From: Tubulanus polymorphus
Lineage: Eukaryota > Animalia > Nemertea
NCBI RefSeq assembly: GCF_964204645.1
Contig: NC_134033.1
Span: 6,658,231-6,722,230 of the forward strand
DNA: 64,000 nt
Direction: 5' to 3'
Positions within the stretch are counted from its first letter, which is position 1. The number at the start of each line of letters is the position of its first letter. Positions 48,726 through 60,935 of this stretch are shown in pieces. Both the position numbers and the translations under genes were made by a program. The notes under the pieces were generated by a model. It did no database searches, was not told the DNA's origin, and was given only the letters and a program-made list of their open reading frames with translations.

Positions 48726-51700
48726 TTTTGGTTTACCTTTGTCAGCAGTATGAGGTTGGCATTGAGCTAATTCATGTAAAATCGCGGTACATTTTTTATG
48801 TGAGCATTTTTAGCCCACTTGGGACTTTAATCCCAGCGGGCTATTGCGTTCATTTTTCGTCTGTCCGTCCGTAGAAGGAATCCAGTTATTTTGGGAAGTT
48901 TTGAAGATGCTTCAAGGTTACGTCTTGATATTTGGTTTAAACATGTATCTACCCTAGACACAGCTTCATCCCAAAAACTGGCCCTGTCAGATTCAAGATG
49001 GCCGACAGGCAGCCATTGTTGTTCGCTAAAATGACATTTTCGAAGTTTACGAGGGAAATTTTGAAGACGCTTTGATCAATTACCTTGATCTTTCGATTAG
49101 GCCTATATTTGAATCTACCAAGGGCCCATCAGCGTAAGAAAAATTGGGTCGATCGGACTCAAGATGGCCGTCCTATGACCTTTTTAGTGCCCAAAAATGT
49201 CAATTTTGGCCAGAATTCTAGGTCCTGTAGCTTCCTACTGGTTTGCCATTTCTCATTGCAATTTGTGATGGGTATTCTTTGTAAAGGGATGTTTTATACA
49301 TGAGACAGGTATTTTTGATCCGCCAATTATGACGCAATTGGGCGGCCATCTTGGTGTCATCAGTACTCATTCGTAGGTGGGAAAAAGTTTTTCCACATTA
49401 AATTGATACCTATATATACTGTGTTACTATATTCAATTGGAAAGTTGTAGCCCATAAAGTGTTCTATGATTTTTGTGAGTTTCAAGGTCATTGGTTTTTT
49501 GTATGTGGCAACCAGGGGGCGTTGAATAATACAATAACTTAGTATTTCTATATTATATTTGTACCTATGCATATTTTGTTACATATTTGTTACAAAGTTC
49601 TGTACCAGTTGTAGCTCATGACATCTTCCATGATTTTGGTGATTTTTAAGGACATTAGTTATCATTAGAATAATTGCTAAAACACATCTCAGTTGCTGTC
49701 GATGTATGTGCTATGAACCTAGCGACCGGCATGATTCACGCAGTTGCTAGTTTTCATTAGATTTTCGATGTGCGCGGGGTACTCGCTTAGCCTACTAGCA
49801 ACTAGTTGTCTCCAGTCGCTTTGTCGATGTATGCTTAGCTTTCGATGAGTTCTTTCACTCATGACAAAGTCAATAGTTGAATTGAATTTAGTATCGAATA
49901 TAGTTGAATTTTTGAGGTTTGTCATAGGCACCTAAATGTATTTTGCTTGGAATGGGCTGTTAAGTACTCTACTGGTACTGTTTTATGTGTCAATAAGGTT
50001 TTCGTCGTGAAAAATTACCCTCAAATTTGGTGATCATACCCTCATAAGCCCCTCAATTACCCCTCAAATTTCATATCGATGGTCTTGTAGGAACCATGTT
50101 CTAGGCTATATGGTCACCAGGGGGCGTTGAATAGTAGAACAACTTAGTATTTCCTTATTAGATTGGTACCTAGGCATATTTTGTTACCATGATCAATTGC
50201 AAAGTTGTAGTTCATGACATCTTCCATGATTTTGGAGAGTTTTAAGGACATAAGTTATTCTATATAGTCACCAGGGGGCCTTGAATAGTAGAATAGCTTA
50301 GTATTTCCTTATTAGATTGGTACCTAGGCATATTTTGTTACCACGATCAATTGCAAAGTTGTATTTCTTGACATGTACTACGATTGTGGTGAGTTTTAAG
50401 GTTATTGGGTTTTGCATATGGTCATCAGGGGGCGTTGAATAGTAGAATAACTTAGTATTTCCATATTAAATTGGTAACGAGGCAAATTTCGTTATCACAA
50501 TCAATTACAAAATCATAGCTGCTGACATGTTCTATGATTGTGGTGGGTTTCAAGGTGATTGGTTTTTGTATATGGTCACTAGGGGGCATTATGTATTGAA
50601 ATTGTTAGATTGTTGAGCATTTGAAACCATTTCCCAAGTGGGCATGGTGTCCCTGGACCCCTAGTTTTCATTAATTCCCCGGTTAAACGACGTATAATCG
50701 ATGCAATTGAAGGCATGACGAACCTCCCTCGATAACATGGTCAACTTTGTTTAAATTCAGCGAAAAACTGTTTTTGGCGGGAAAATTCTTAGCTCTTGGG
50801 TATAAATTGCGATGACCTCGATTGGGGGGCGTCGTCTCTACGAGCGAATGTGATTGGCTGGGATATACAGGGAATTTCGGCGCTACTAAGATAATTATGG
50901 GAAAGCCATTAATGGCGAATTTTGAATGCTCATTGCTGGTGAGAATATAATTATTTCACATATCGCCATAGGTATTGTTCTATTTTAATACCCGGTGATT
51001 GTGTTGATTGAGATTGCCAACGCTCACTACACAAGGCCTCTACGTGCGCGGGAGCGCTAACATTAGACTGTTGCACACACAAACAGGCGCTCATACAGAC
51101 TAGGTGGTGCTGTAACGCTGCTTGGCGCGTGCACGTTTGGTATGATAACAGACTGGAATAATCGTCGTAGCAGAAGATGAGCGCTGTGTTTTCTGTTTGA
51201 CAGAATTTGTAATAAATTGTAATTTCTTGTGACCTGAAAATACGAAGCAGCAAACTATAGGTATAGATCGAGGTCTGAATATTGTAGTGGTAAATTCCTG
51301 GATCTAAAACGTTCTAATAGTACGCCCCGTGTTTTAGCTTCTGCGGCCATACATTGGAAGAGGTTTCGTTTCCAAGACACAATATTCAGCCACCATGTTA
51401 CATCATATGAATTTTATTTGAATTTTTTTTTTCATATTGTGAAAAATATTTTTTTGAAAATATAGAATAGTTTCCTTGCCGCACCTTCCTGCACCCTACG
51501 AAATTTTGGACATAGACCATAAACAAATGTTTATCTTTGGTCTTATTTGACTACAAAATAATTCTTTAAGAAAGATAAAATACAATGTAAAGTTCTAGAA
51601 CTTTGAAGTCACGAATTACAAAGATTTTTCAGGCAATGCCCTTACTCCAAACAACCTCTAGCTTTCAAGGTAAACCACACTTTGACTCCAAACAACCTCT

Positions 51701-51744
51701 AGCTTTCAAGGTAAACCACATTTTGCCCATGGGCAATTTATTTT
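48726..51744 (+). mobile_element. HINE-like family 3, full length
   Basis: Head ttttggtttacctttg is inverted to the tail caaggtaaacca, followed by the palindrome ttgcccatgggcaa. A ~41-bp tandem duplication lies at the tail. Confidence 0.75.
48810..50666 (+). mobile_element. HINE family 1, second full-length copy, with a ~440-bp insertion at ~49665-50100
   Basis: Same termini and 153-bp repeats as 39964-41226. The empty site tgagcatttgtttcatt is at 63811-63827. Confidence 0.88.
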
Positions 51745-52625
51745 CAAGTTGTCCTTGACTGATTGATGACTTGAACTTTGGGACCTGACAACGATAGGAG
51801 ATGACAAGTTGATTAAACTTTAAGTTCTATTTATTCCATTCCATGATGTCATTCGGAACTACAAAATATAATGTAACCCTTCTGCATAACTGTATCCTAG
51901 AGACTCGACATCTAAGTTATAACTAATTTAGCATTAAATATATATATATATATATATATAATACCAAGAATACTATTAATACTAGTAATTACTGATAAGG
52001 CTAGGAATCGCAGTTAATTAATGATAGTAATAAAAATGATGAATTTTAGCTTACTCGTTGCCAGCCTATATTTCATCCAGTTTGTATAAAAGCAGAATGT
52101 CAAGTGACCAAATTCTTCATAGTATACAGTATTACTCACACATACATAATAGCTCATAACTGCACAAAAGACCATATGACCATTTAATATTCAATATTGT
52201 AAGTTCACCCATGCAATCCAATAATCCAATTCAACACTGATATCTTTTCATCCAGGTCATTCTAGTTGTTCATCCGTCGTCCCTCATCGAATTGAGATTA
52301 GCTACCCTGGTATATTGCTTGCGCAGAGCCGTCCCTATCATCAATTATTTTAACACTTTTACAACCGACAACTTGCTTTGTCAAAACTTTAATGAAGGAC
52401 CTTTGTCCCAGCTTTTGTGTAATTTTGATTAGGCATACTGGGTCTGTCAGCAAATTTAGCATTTCATGAAATGAGTCTTTAAGCTGATTAACTAAATGAG
52501 TTTCCTGAACTCTGTGAAATATTTACAGTCCTTAACCAGTGTGCGCTGATTCCCAAGCTTAATATCTGATGAATCAGTGAAATATTAACAGTTCTATGGC
52601 TGAAACTGAGTCAACTGTAATGAGA

Positions 52626-53261
52626 CAGGGTTCGCACACCTCCTGGAATTCCTGGAATTTGAGCAAAATCAATTTTAGGACCTGGAATTCCTGGAAATTC
52701 AGGGAAAACTTTTGGAATTTCAGGATCTGGTCATCTGTTATTTCTGTAGTCTCTTTTTCAAAGTGTGGTCTTGTGCAGGTATGATTCGTGAAGTGTTACA
52801 ATGTAAGTGTTATAGGCCTATAGAGCACCTGGTTCAAGTCTTCATACCCAGCTAGTAAATTATGGACATTTAAAGTTTTAAACAATACTACAATATACAG
52901 GTATGTGTTTGGGTAAATGACCAAGTCTGTAAACCCAGGTCTACCGTTTTAAGAGTAGGCCTATCAATTAAGCTTGAATAGATAAAATGATAGAATTATA
53001 ACAGTGATTCCTGCTGGGGTTCCCTCATGTTTTAATTATCAAATAGGCTAGTTGGCCTGCTAGCCGTTTGAGGTTGGTAACACAGCTCATTTTATGCAAG
53101 ACCCTAAACATGGATATCTGATTTCGTAGTAGTGACGTTGGAATTTCAAGACCAGAATCAACGTATATTTTCGTGTTTCAAAATTGTACCTGGGAACAAT
53201 TTCCGAAATATTTTCTCCTGGAAAGCTGGAATTCCAGTTGCCCTGAGGTGTACGGACCCTG
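52626..53261. mobile_element. hAT-like MITE
   Basis: TIRs cagggttcgcacacctc / gaggtgtacggaccctg and repeated cctggaa subterminal motifs. No clean 8-bp TSD. Confidence 0.55.
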
Positions 53262-53440
53262 TGAGGGTACTTAATGAAATGATGTAGAAAGTATTCTCCT
53301 GTTGTCGGTGTGACAGGGATTGCCTTCAATAAAATCTGTATAGTTTACTATGTAAGTAAATTTGGCCTATTTGGTTGAATAAATTATTATTTATTTTTCA
53401 TGTTGTTTATTTTGTATTTGTTTACAGGAATGCGGGCATC

Positions 53441-56400
53441 ATGAATACGCACAATTTTACACCGTCGGATCGAGGGGGCGACGACAAGGGCATTCGTTTG
53501 TCCGCGTCCACGCAGCCCCATATTATTCAACAATCCCTGCAGGCGAGTCTGAAACCTGCCTTTCAGGTAAACGAATACATGGGGACTTCTACAGGATATT
53601 GACGAATTTGAGTTCTGAATTTTCTCGTTTTATGGCACTGGTCGGAAGGGGATATTCATTTACAATAAAAGTCTCTCGCTTCAAGTTTTTTAACAGGGCC
53701 CAGGACGATTCCTTAGACTCTTAAATGGAAAACGATTAGGTGTGTTGTTACTAAACGCTTTCTGAAAGGTTTGAAGCAAGAGACTTCTATTGCAAGAACC
53801 AAAGCGTTTTTAGGCAGACTTAAGGCCCCTGCACACGAGCCGAAAACTGTGTAGGCAAACGGTGCAGCACATTTTTCGGCTCGTGTGCGGAGGCCTTTTC
53901 GAGCGCATTTTGTCGTTCACCAAATATCTATCATGTTTGATATTTTTTGACGCAGCGCCAACTGGGCTCTCGTGTGTAGGCAACTCAGCGCTATTTGCGT
54001 TGCATTAGTCATCAATGCGCATGCGTCATTACTCAAAAACTGATAATAGCAGTGTTGAATTCGGATTAGATTTATGACATGAATATCACTTTCTGTTGAT
54101 ATGGGATTTAGATATAATGAGGACAGAAAAATTTCTATATATTCACATAGATTTGACAAGGGCAATGAAAAGTCGCAAGTAAATGCTAAGTTATGCAGGA
54201 AATATGGTTGTATAATGCACACCTGATTGCCACAGCTCCCTTTGCTGATCGCAGTTTTCGGCTCGTGTGCGCGGCCCTTTAGGTTCCGATATCCGGTACT
54301 CTCTAGTGCCGTCAAACGATAAATTCCAGAACTTTAATTTTGTCGAATACTTTTCTCTTGCAGTTATAATTATTGCTGTCTACCTATGACCCTGTACAAC
54401 TCCCCTCTAGGAGTCTTGGGGGGATTTCTACTATAGGCCTAACCTAATCCTAATTTTCAATTTGTTGAAGAATAGGGTACCAATGCTACCAATTTTTCTG
54501 CTCTCAACTTGGTGAAATATTGAAATGGTGCCGCTGGGCAAAATACTTTTAAAGGCCTATCACATATTTATTGGTGAGACATTTTATATGAACTAACAGG
54601 TGACCACAGGCAGACGGTAGGAATTTAGGCCTAATCGGCACTATCAGAAAGCAAATAAGCTATCCAAACTTCACCAGAGACATTTTTAATTGAAAATGAA
54701 CTAAAGTACCTAAGATATAAGACATTTCATCAGCATACTTTCAATCGTGTGTTGAATATCTGAAGAAGTGATGCATGCCCTGCTGCAGATAATGTGGTTG
54801 AACTATGAGAAACCCTTCCCAACACTGCATAGTGACGATGATAATCGTAAACTTGATAATGATTGGTTTTCAGGGTATAACTCACGTACCTCGTGCAGCG
54901 CTTGCGAAAACTATCACCACAACCACAGGAGGTAAATCTCATACTGGAAACATCATCGCAGCAAATTACACTAAGGTAATTCTGGGATATATTGTGTTAT
55001 GACAGCGTGCGGGTTGTACGAAATGGTTTGAATTTTCGGTTAATAATGATAATAATAATGTGTCTTGCGCTAAATCCAGCAGAGCTGCTCAGATGGCTTA
55101 ACTTACCAATCGCCAAGCCTTAATCAAATCAATCATCTCTCCTCAGTGAGATGTAGCACCGGAGCCACTAATAAGCGCTCCTGGAGTCATATCAGGCTAG
55201 ACTTGAATTTACTCCTAGGTTGAGAAAGGCAATGTGGATTTAAATTTTAATAGAGTTAAAATCCGTACAAGACGTACAGGGGAGGGGAACGTGTAGAGCG
55301 TGTATACCTTCCTGAAGGGGAGGGTTATTGTTTATAGTACTTTCTTAGTGCACGAAACGCAATTCCCCACTCTCGGTCTTTCAGTTCACTTATACGGTAC
55401 ATCGTTGTCGGAGCTCTGATGAATGCCTGTGAATTTTGCTTTCTTAAAACCATGGATCCTAAAAAATTCTGTTTTACACGAAGGGGAGAGGGGGTGTCAT
55501 TCGTAAAAGTATGTACGCAAATACCGTTTCTGAGAGTGTACTGGGTTGATTACCCGGAAGTCACATGCTTTATGCATGGCTGCTAACCACACCGCTCGCT
55601 CATAGTTGCTATTGGTTACTGCCTACAAAAATCAGTTTTCTGGTCAAGGGGAAAACCTTGAATGTGCCAATAATGGCCTGAGTGAGTTAAGGGATGAAAA
55701 TTGAGATTTTGTTTCGAGTACCACACTAGGCTTGATTTATACAATTCTGATTATCTTCTCAGGATACGAGAACGTCCATTGTCAGTATCCCACGTCAAAG
55801 TATTGATTACAGGGACTGGTTCCCTCAGGTTTTGGAATGGGAATTTTTTTTCCAGGCCCTGGAAAAGCTGAAGCATCGTAAGCATTGAGGAATAATTTTC
55901 ATTTTACAGGGAACTCCAAAAGGAACGATGTTAGTGAATAAACCTATCGCACCTGCGTCAGGTTCATTATCGGCTGGAGCGCATCTGATACCATCAAAAA
56001 TACAAACTATCAAAACAGGTAACGTTCATTTTTTCAACCTTTTCTCGATCACTTCGATATCAATGGCCAGAGAACCATCGATGTAACTATGCCAATTGAG
56101 GATACAAGACATCAATTAAATTGTGACAATATATCATTCCACTGGCAAGTGAGGATCCACCAGATGTTGCTAGTCTGCTGTAGGACATCATCCAATGTGG
56201 CAATAGAAGATTCTACTTGTAACATGTGAGGACCCACCAGGTGCCGCTAGGCGTGGAGTAGAATATCAACTACTCTGGCAATAGAGGATTCCCTCGTGGC
56301 ATAGGAACCACAGTGGCCCATTTAGTGTCCAGTAACAGTAGGATGTCAAGTTGCTGTGGAAATTGTCACGCCATGTGCTAGTGCTTTTGTTCTCTAAAAC

Positions 56401-57616
56401 GATTACATGTGATGCGAATTGATAGATTGTAAATTTGTTATTGCTTGTCTTCATTAACAATTCTACAACGTTTCATTATTTATGAAAAGAACTTTTTTTG
56501 TATGTGTTGTTACAGTGACCGGTGTACAACCTGTTGGTAGTCACAGTTTAGGTGTGAGTTCTACGATCACACAGGCATCCGGGCATCATCCCAGTCCTTT
56601 GAATATGGCTTCGATAATTCGAGGAGTGCAGTTACCTCCTCAAAGAGTCAGCACACCTCCCCAAGCTCACAGTTTCCAGACTCATTTATCTCATGTGCCG
56701 CGAGGTAAGTAGTTTGAAGTTTAAAATGTTTTTTATGCCACCGAGACCCCCTGCCATAGTCTCAAGGATTAAACCCGTTGACCCTCAATGATGTGCAAGT
56801 ACTTTCACACAAGTGGAGGGTTAAGCCATTGGCGTTTATGTGCTTCTCTTGTGGGGTTCAATTTTACCCCGGACTCATCCATTTCCACAGTTATGCAGGT
56901 TTAGTTTGACTTTAGACCCACTTCCACAGTTGTGGGAATTATATTTGTTTCTGAATCCAGTTCAACGGAACTTCTATTGGTGTGATTTGATACTGGACCT
57001 GGTTCCACAGTGGAGCAGGTTTAATTTGATAGAGTGCCTCAATTGTGCGCGTCTAATTTCACACTGAATCCAGTTCCACAGTTGTACATAATTGTTAGGA
57101 ACGTATTGGGCTATTTTTGGCTCAATGTTGCGGAAGCGAACTTCAAATGATATTAGTGAGTAAGATATGAACTTTCTTTTTTCGTGTCTTGGAAATTAGG
57201 ACAAGCTGCTGCGATCAATGCTTTAACCATACCAAAGCCTGGAGGGATGACTGCCGTGCTACGAGCACATGGGCATCAAATAACGCATGTTACCACGACA
57301 CCGTCCGGTGTCATGTCATCATTGTCATCACAGTTACAAGGTCGTGCGCCGTTGATCTCGTCACTGCGCCCGGGCACGCCTCCGTCAACGATCACACCAC
57401 GGCCCGGATCACCATCTGTCGTCGCGCATGGTACGCCGACATCCGCTGTGCAGATTACGATACAGCCTCAACGCACTGCCGGTGTCGGTGGGGCTGTCGC
57501 AACTCATAAACCAGTTCACATACCGCAACAGACGCTCGCTCAAGCTCAACAAAAGGTCGTCATGGCGACGACCGTTCCGCAACAACAGCTCGTTGCTGAT
57601 TCTATGTCTAAATCAG
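53441..57616 (+). CDS. SAP130: Histone deacetylase complex subunit SAP130 homologue, N-terminal exons 53441-53566, 54874-54975, 55910-56018, 56516-56704, 57200-57616 (3'-incomplete)
   Basis: All introns are GT-AG with matching phases (0,0,1,1,1) and no stops. Ordered motifs KPIAPA, NMASIIRG and SHVPRGQAAA...MTAVLRA match vertebrate SAP130 RPIAPAP, QMSIIRS and SHLPRGAAAAA...VTTVLRP in a Ser/Thr/Pro/Gln-rich context. Confidence 0.82.
53823..54278. mobile_element. Harbinger-like MITE in a SAP130 intron
   Basis: TIRs ...gcacacgagccgaaaactg / cagttttcggctcgtgtgc..., with T/A flanks. Confidence 0.65.
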
Positions 57617-58169
57617 GTATTTTGAATTTCATTTTTGAAGCGTTAAGATTCATGTACAATTTATAAGCAGAATGTTTGAAAAAATCTGATTTTTCAGAAA
57701 TCGGCCATATTCGCACTTTGGATGTGTTCAGATTTCACTCAAGATATTCTTAATTGCAAATAACTACAAACACTAAACATCAGACATTTTAATCAGTATA
57801 TTTTTCGCTCGCATTAGCCTATGTCAATGGTCTGGCCGATCGATAATCATTCGTATGCTTAATACACTACGCTCTAAGCTTTTTTTAGCACACTCAAACG
57901 CAATTTCAGTAGTCTGTAATATCACTACTAATGGGCGAATTGAACGAATTAAGCGAAAATATATTTCGTAATTTGTTTTTGTTGCGCAAAGTTGAAAGCC
58001 TTTGGTTTCATATTTTTGAGAAATTAACCAAAAAGTGAAAAAATTTCAATTTATTTGAGCATGTTTTTTATGCAGCATCTTTAATTGTACAAAATTACAA
58101 ATGTGAAAATTCAATGCTATTTGCGTCGAAGAATTTTATCTCGTCAAGATCTGACGCATTGTTCAGTCA

Positions 58170-58420
58170 TTATGGGCTTTCAAAGACGAAATCCCCCAAA
58201 ATCTCGGTTATTGCTTGGTACCCGCCTCCGTCCGTCTGTATAGCGTCCGTCCGTCCGCATGAGCTTGTGAACGCGATTCAAGAAGAGCCGTTGATTGCAG
58301 GACTATGATATTACGTAGTATGATTACCCTTAGGGAGAGGATGTGGCCTATTGATTCTGGGGTCCAAGGATCAAAGGTCAAGGTCACTACAGGTCATTCA
58401 TGTGAAACCTTGTGAACGTC
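58170..58420 (+). mobile_element. 5' fragment of another HINE-like family
   Basis: (CCGT)n microsatellite followed by a cttgtgaacg...aaaggtcaaggtcac...cttgtgaacg unit of ~150 bp. Confidence 0.55.
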
Positions 58421-60109
58421 ATTCAATAATAATGTTCGCCACACACGGCTGATTCACTGATGATACTGATCAGCTGATAGCATCAAATTTTTTAAGAGGA
58501 GTCTGATATTTACGTACGACTGGAATAGTTGTTTTATCATCATATTGACGATAAAACAGGGTTTCCAGCGGTCCTTCCTAGTCCTTCATTGTCCTTTTAT
58601 AAAAGTATTGGGCAAACATCATCTTTGTCCTTCTTTTTGACTCTAAGTCCTTCTTTGGATGAAAAAGTCCTTCCAAATTTCATTTTTAGGCCAGCCGTAG
58701 GCTGAGCTTATTACTATACAAATGGAGCGAATTTAAATGACATGGTTTCCACACAAAAGGCTCTTTTGCTTGCCAAGTGAGGGCATATTCGAACAAATCA
58801 CGTATTTAAGCGTAATCCATTCTCGGAATCGTAGCGAGCAGAATTTTGAAATAGGCTTTCATAAAAATGTTTTCTGCATTTTTCACGAAAATAAAATCGG
58901 GAAAATTTCAATTTTTATCAGCCAATCAGGAAGTTGTGTCTTCCCTGTGATTGGTTTATCTAAAAATATCAGCAGCTGTTCACGTGAATTATCGTGATTT
59001 CATTACTGGCGCTTTTGCGCATGACGTCATGTATCAACACGCGACAATACTTCCGCGTTCGCTATGTGTTCGCTGATTGGCCCATTTACTGGGAAATTCC
59101 ACAGAAGCCTAATGTGGTTTGTTACAAGCGCTGTGATTGGCCCGACCCGATTCTGGCACGGCTTTAGCTTAGTGGGTTCGAATCCCTTGACGGGAGAAGA
59201 TGATGGATCCTATCGATGCTTTCAACAAATAAGTTTCCCGGTTGGGCAGCTGCGGATATCTACCGAAAGTGTTGCAGTTCGATATTTCGAGATTTTTGAA
59301 TTTTGGAGTGATATTGAAATCCGGTAAACACCGGCGGTAGATTGTGAAAACCCATTGCTTGATATTTGTACTACTTAATCAACGAAAAGCGTCGGGGCCG
59401 CGCCAGGAGTTTTCGCGATTCAAGTAGCTCAATAGCCTACTTCTTCGTGTTCGTCCACCTCCGCAATTTTCACTCCGCCGATCTCTGACACGGCTCTGTC
59501 GCCGTCAGCGCTGTGATTGCACTATTCGTACCACCAAAATTTTTTATTTCTTTATCAGGGAGGTCTGGAGAATAAAAAAGTCAAAATTTGGATATCACAT
59601 AGGCCTGATTTCATCGAATAAGTCGACCATGGTCGTTACGTTTCCGTACTTATTACCACCTAAAACCGTCTGAACAATTTTGTCACAACCAACATTTCGT
59701 TTACAGAAATCAGGTGTTCACGTGAACCCGCGGTATCGTCTATTGTTTTACTTCCGGGTTTTATTTTAAGATTTAAAATCGTATTTCAAGATCGATTTCT
59801 ATGAAATCTTTAGTTGATTTGGTGTTTGGGAGGAATTTTTATTTGCTCTACAGAAAATTCATCCTTGACAATTGCGCAAGGTTCGCAAAAAATTTCTTTT
59901 CCCAAATCGAGTGTATGAACTTGATATGCTAATTAGCCATGTGCTCGAATTGCAAATTCAATCAAATTTTATTCTGCCAAAAAAAATGTTAAATCCAATT
60001 CGCTTTCCGAGAGTTGATGGTATGCTGCATGGAACAAAGTTGTTTTGAGATGGGTCTTGAAGCTATTGAGTCGAGAGATAACCATCTAGATAGTTCGTGA
60101 GAGTTCCAA

Positions 60110-60935
60110 AGTTTTGAAGACGCTTCAAGGTAATGTCTTGATATTTGGTTTATATGTGTATCTACCCTAGACACATCTTCAGGCCAAAAACTGGCCCTGT
60201 CAGATTCAAGATGGCCGACTGGCAGCCATTGTTGTTCGCCAAAATCAGCACTTTTTACACATTTTAGAAGTTTTCGAGGGAAATTTTGAAGACACTTTTA
60301 TCAATAACCTTGATCATTCGTATATATTTGTATCCCCCAAGGGCCCATCGGCATGAGAAAAATTGGGTCGATCGGACTCAAGATGGCCGTCCTGTGACCT
60401 TTTTTGTTCCCAAAAATGTTAATTTTGGCCTGAATTCTGAGTCCTGTAGCTTTCTAATGGTGTGCCATTTTTCATTGCAATTTGTAATGGGTATTCTTTG
60501 GAAAAGGATCTTTTATATCCGAGAGGGTATTTTTGACCAGGCAATTATGACGCAATTGGCGGCCATCTTGGGGTCATCAGTACTCATTCATAGATGGAAA
60601 AAAAGTTTTGCCACATCATTTTGATACTTAAGCATATTTTGCTACCATAATTAATTGGAAAGTTGTAGCTCATGACATGTTCTATGATTGAGGTGAGTTT
60701 CAAGCTCATTGGTTTTTGTTTATGGCCACCAGGGGGCATGGAACAATACAATAACTTAGTATTTCTATATTACATTCGTACCTATGCATATTTTGCTACC
60801 ACAATAAATTGGAAAGTTGTAGCTCATGACATGGTCTATGATCTTGGTGAGTTTCAAGCTCATTGGTTTTTGAATATGGCCACCAGGGGGCGTTGAACAA
60901 TACAATAACTTAGTATTTCTATATTACATTCGCTC
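60110..60935 (+). mobile_element. HINE family 1, copy truncated at both ends
   Basis: Colinear with 40058-40880, including two 153-bp repeats. Confidence 0.85.
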
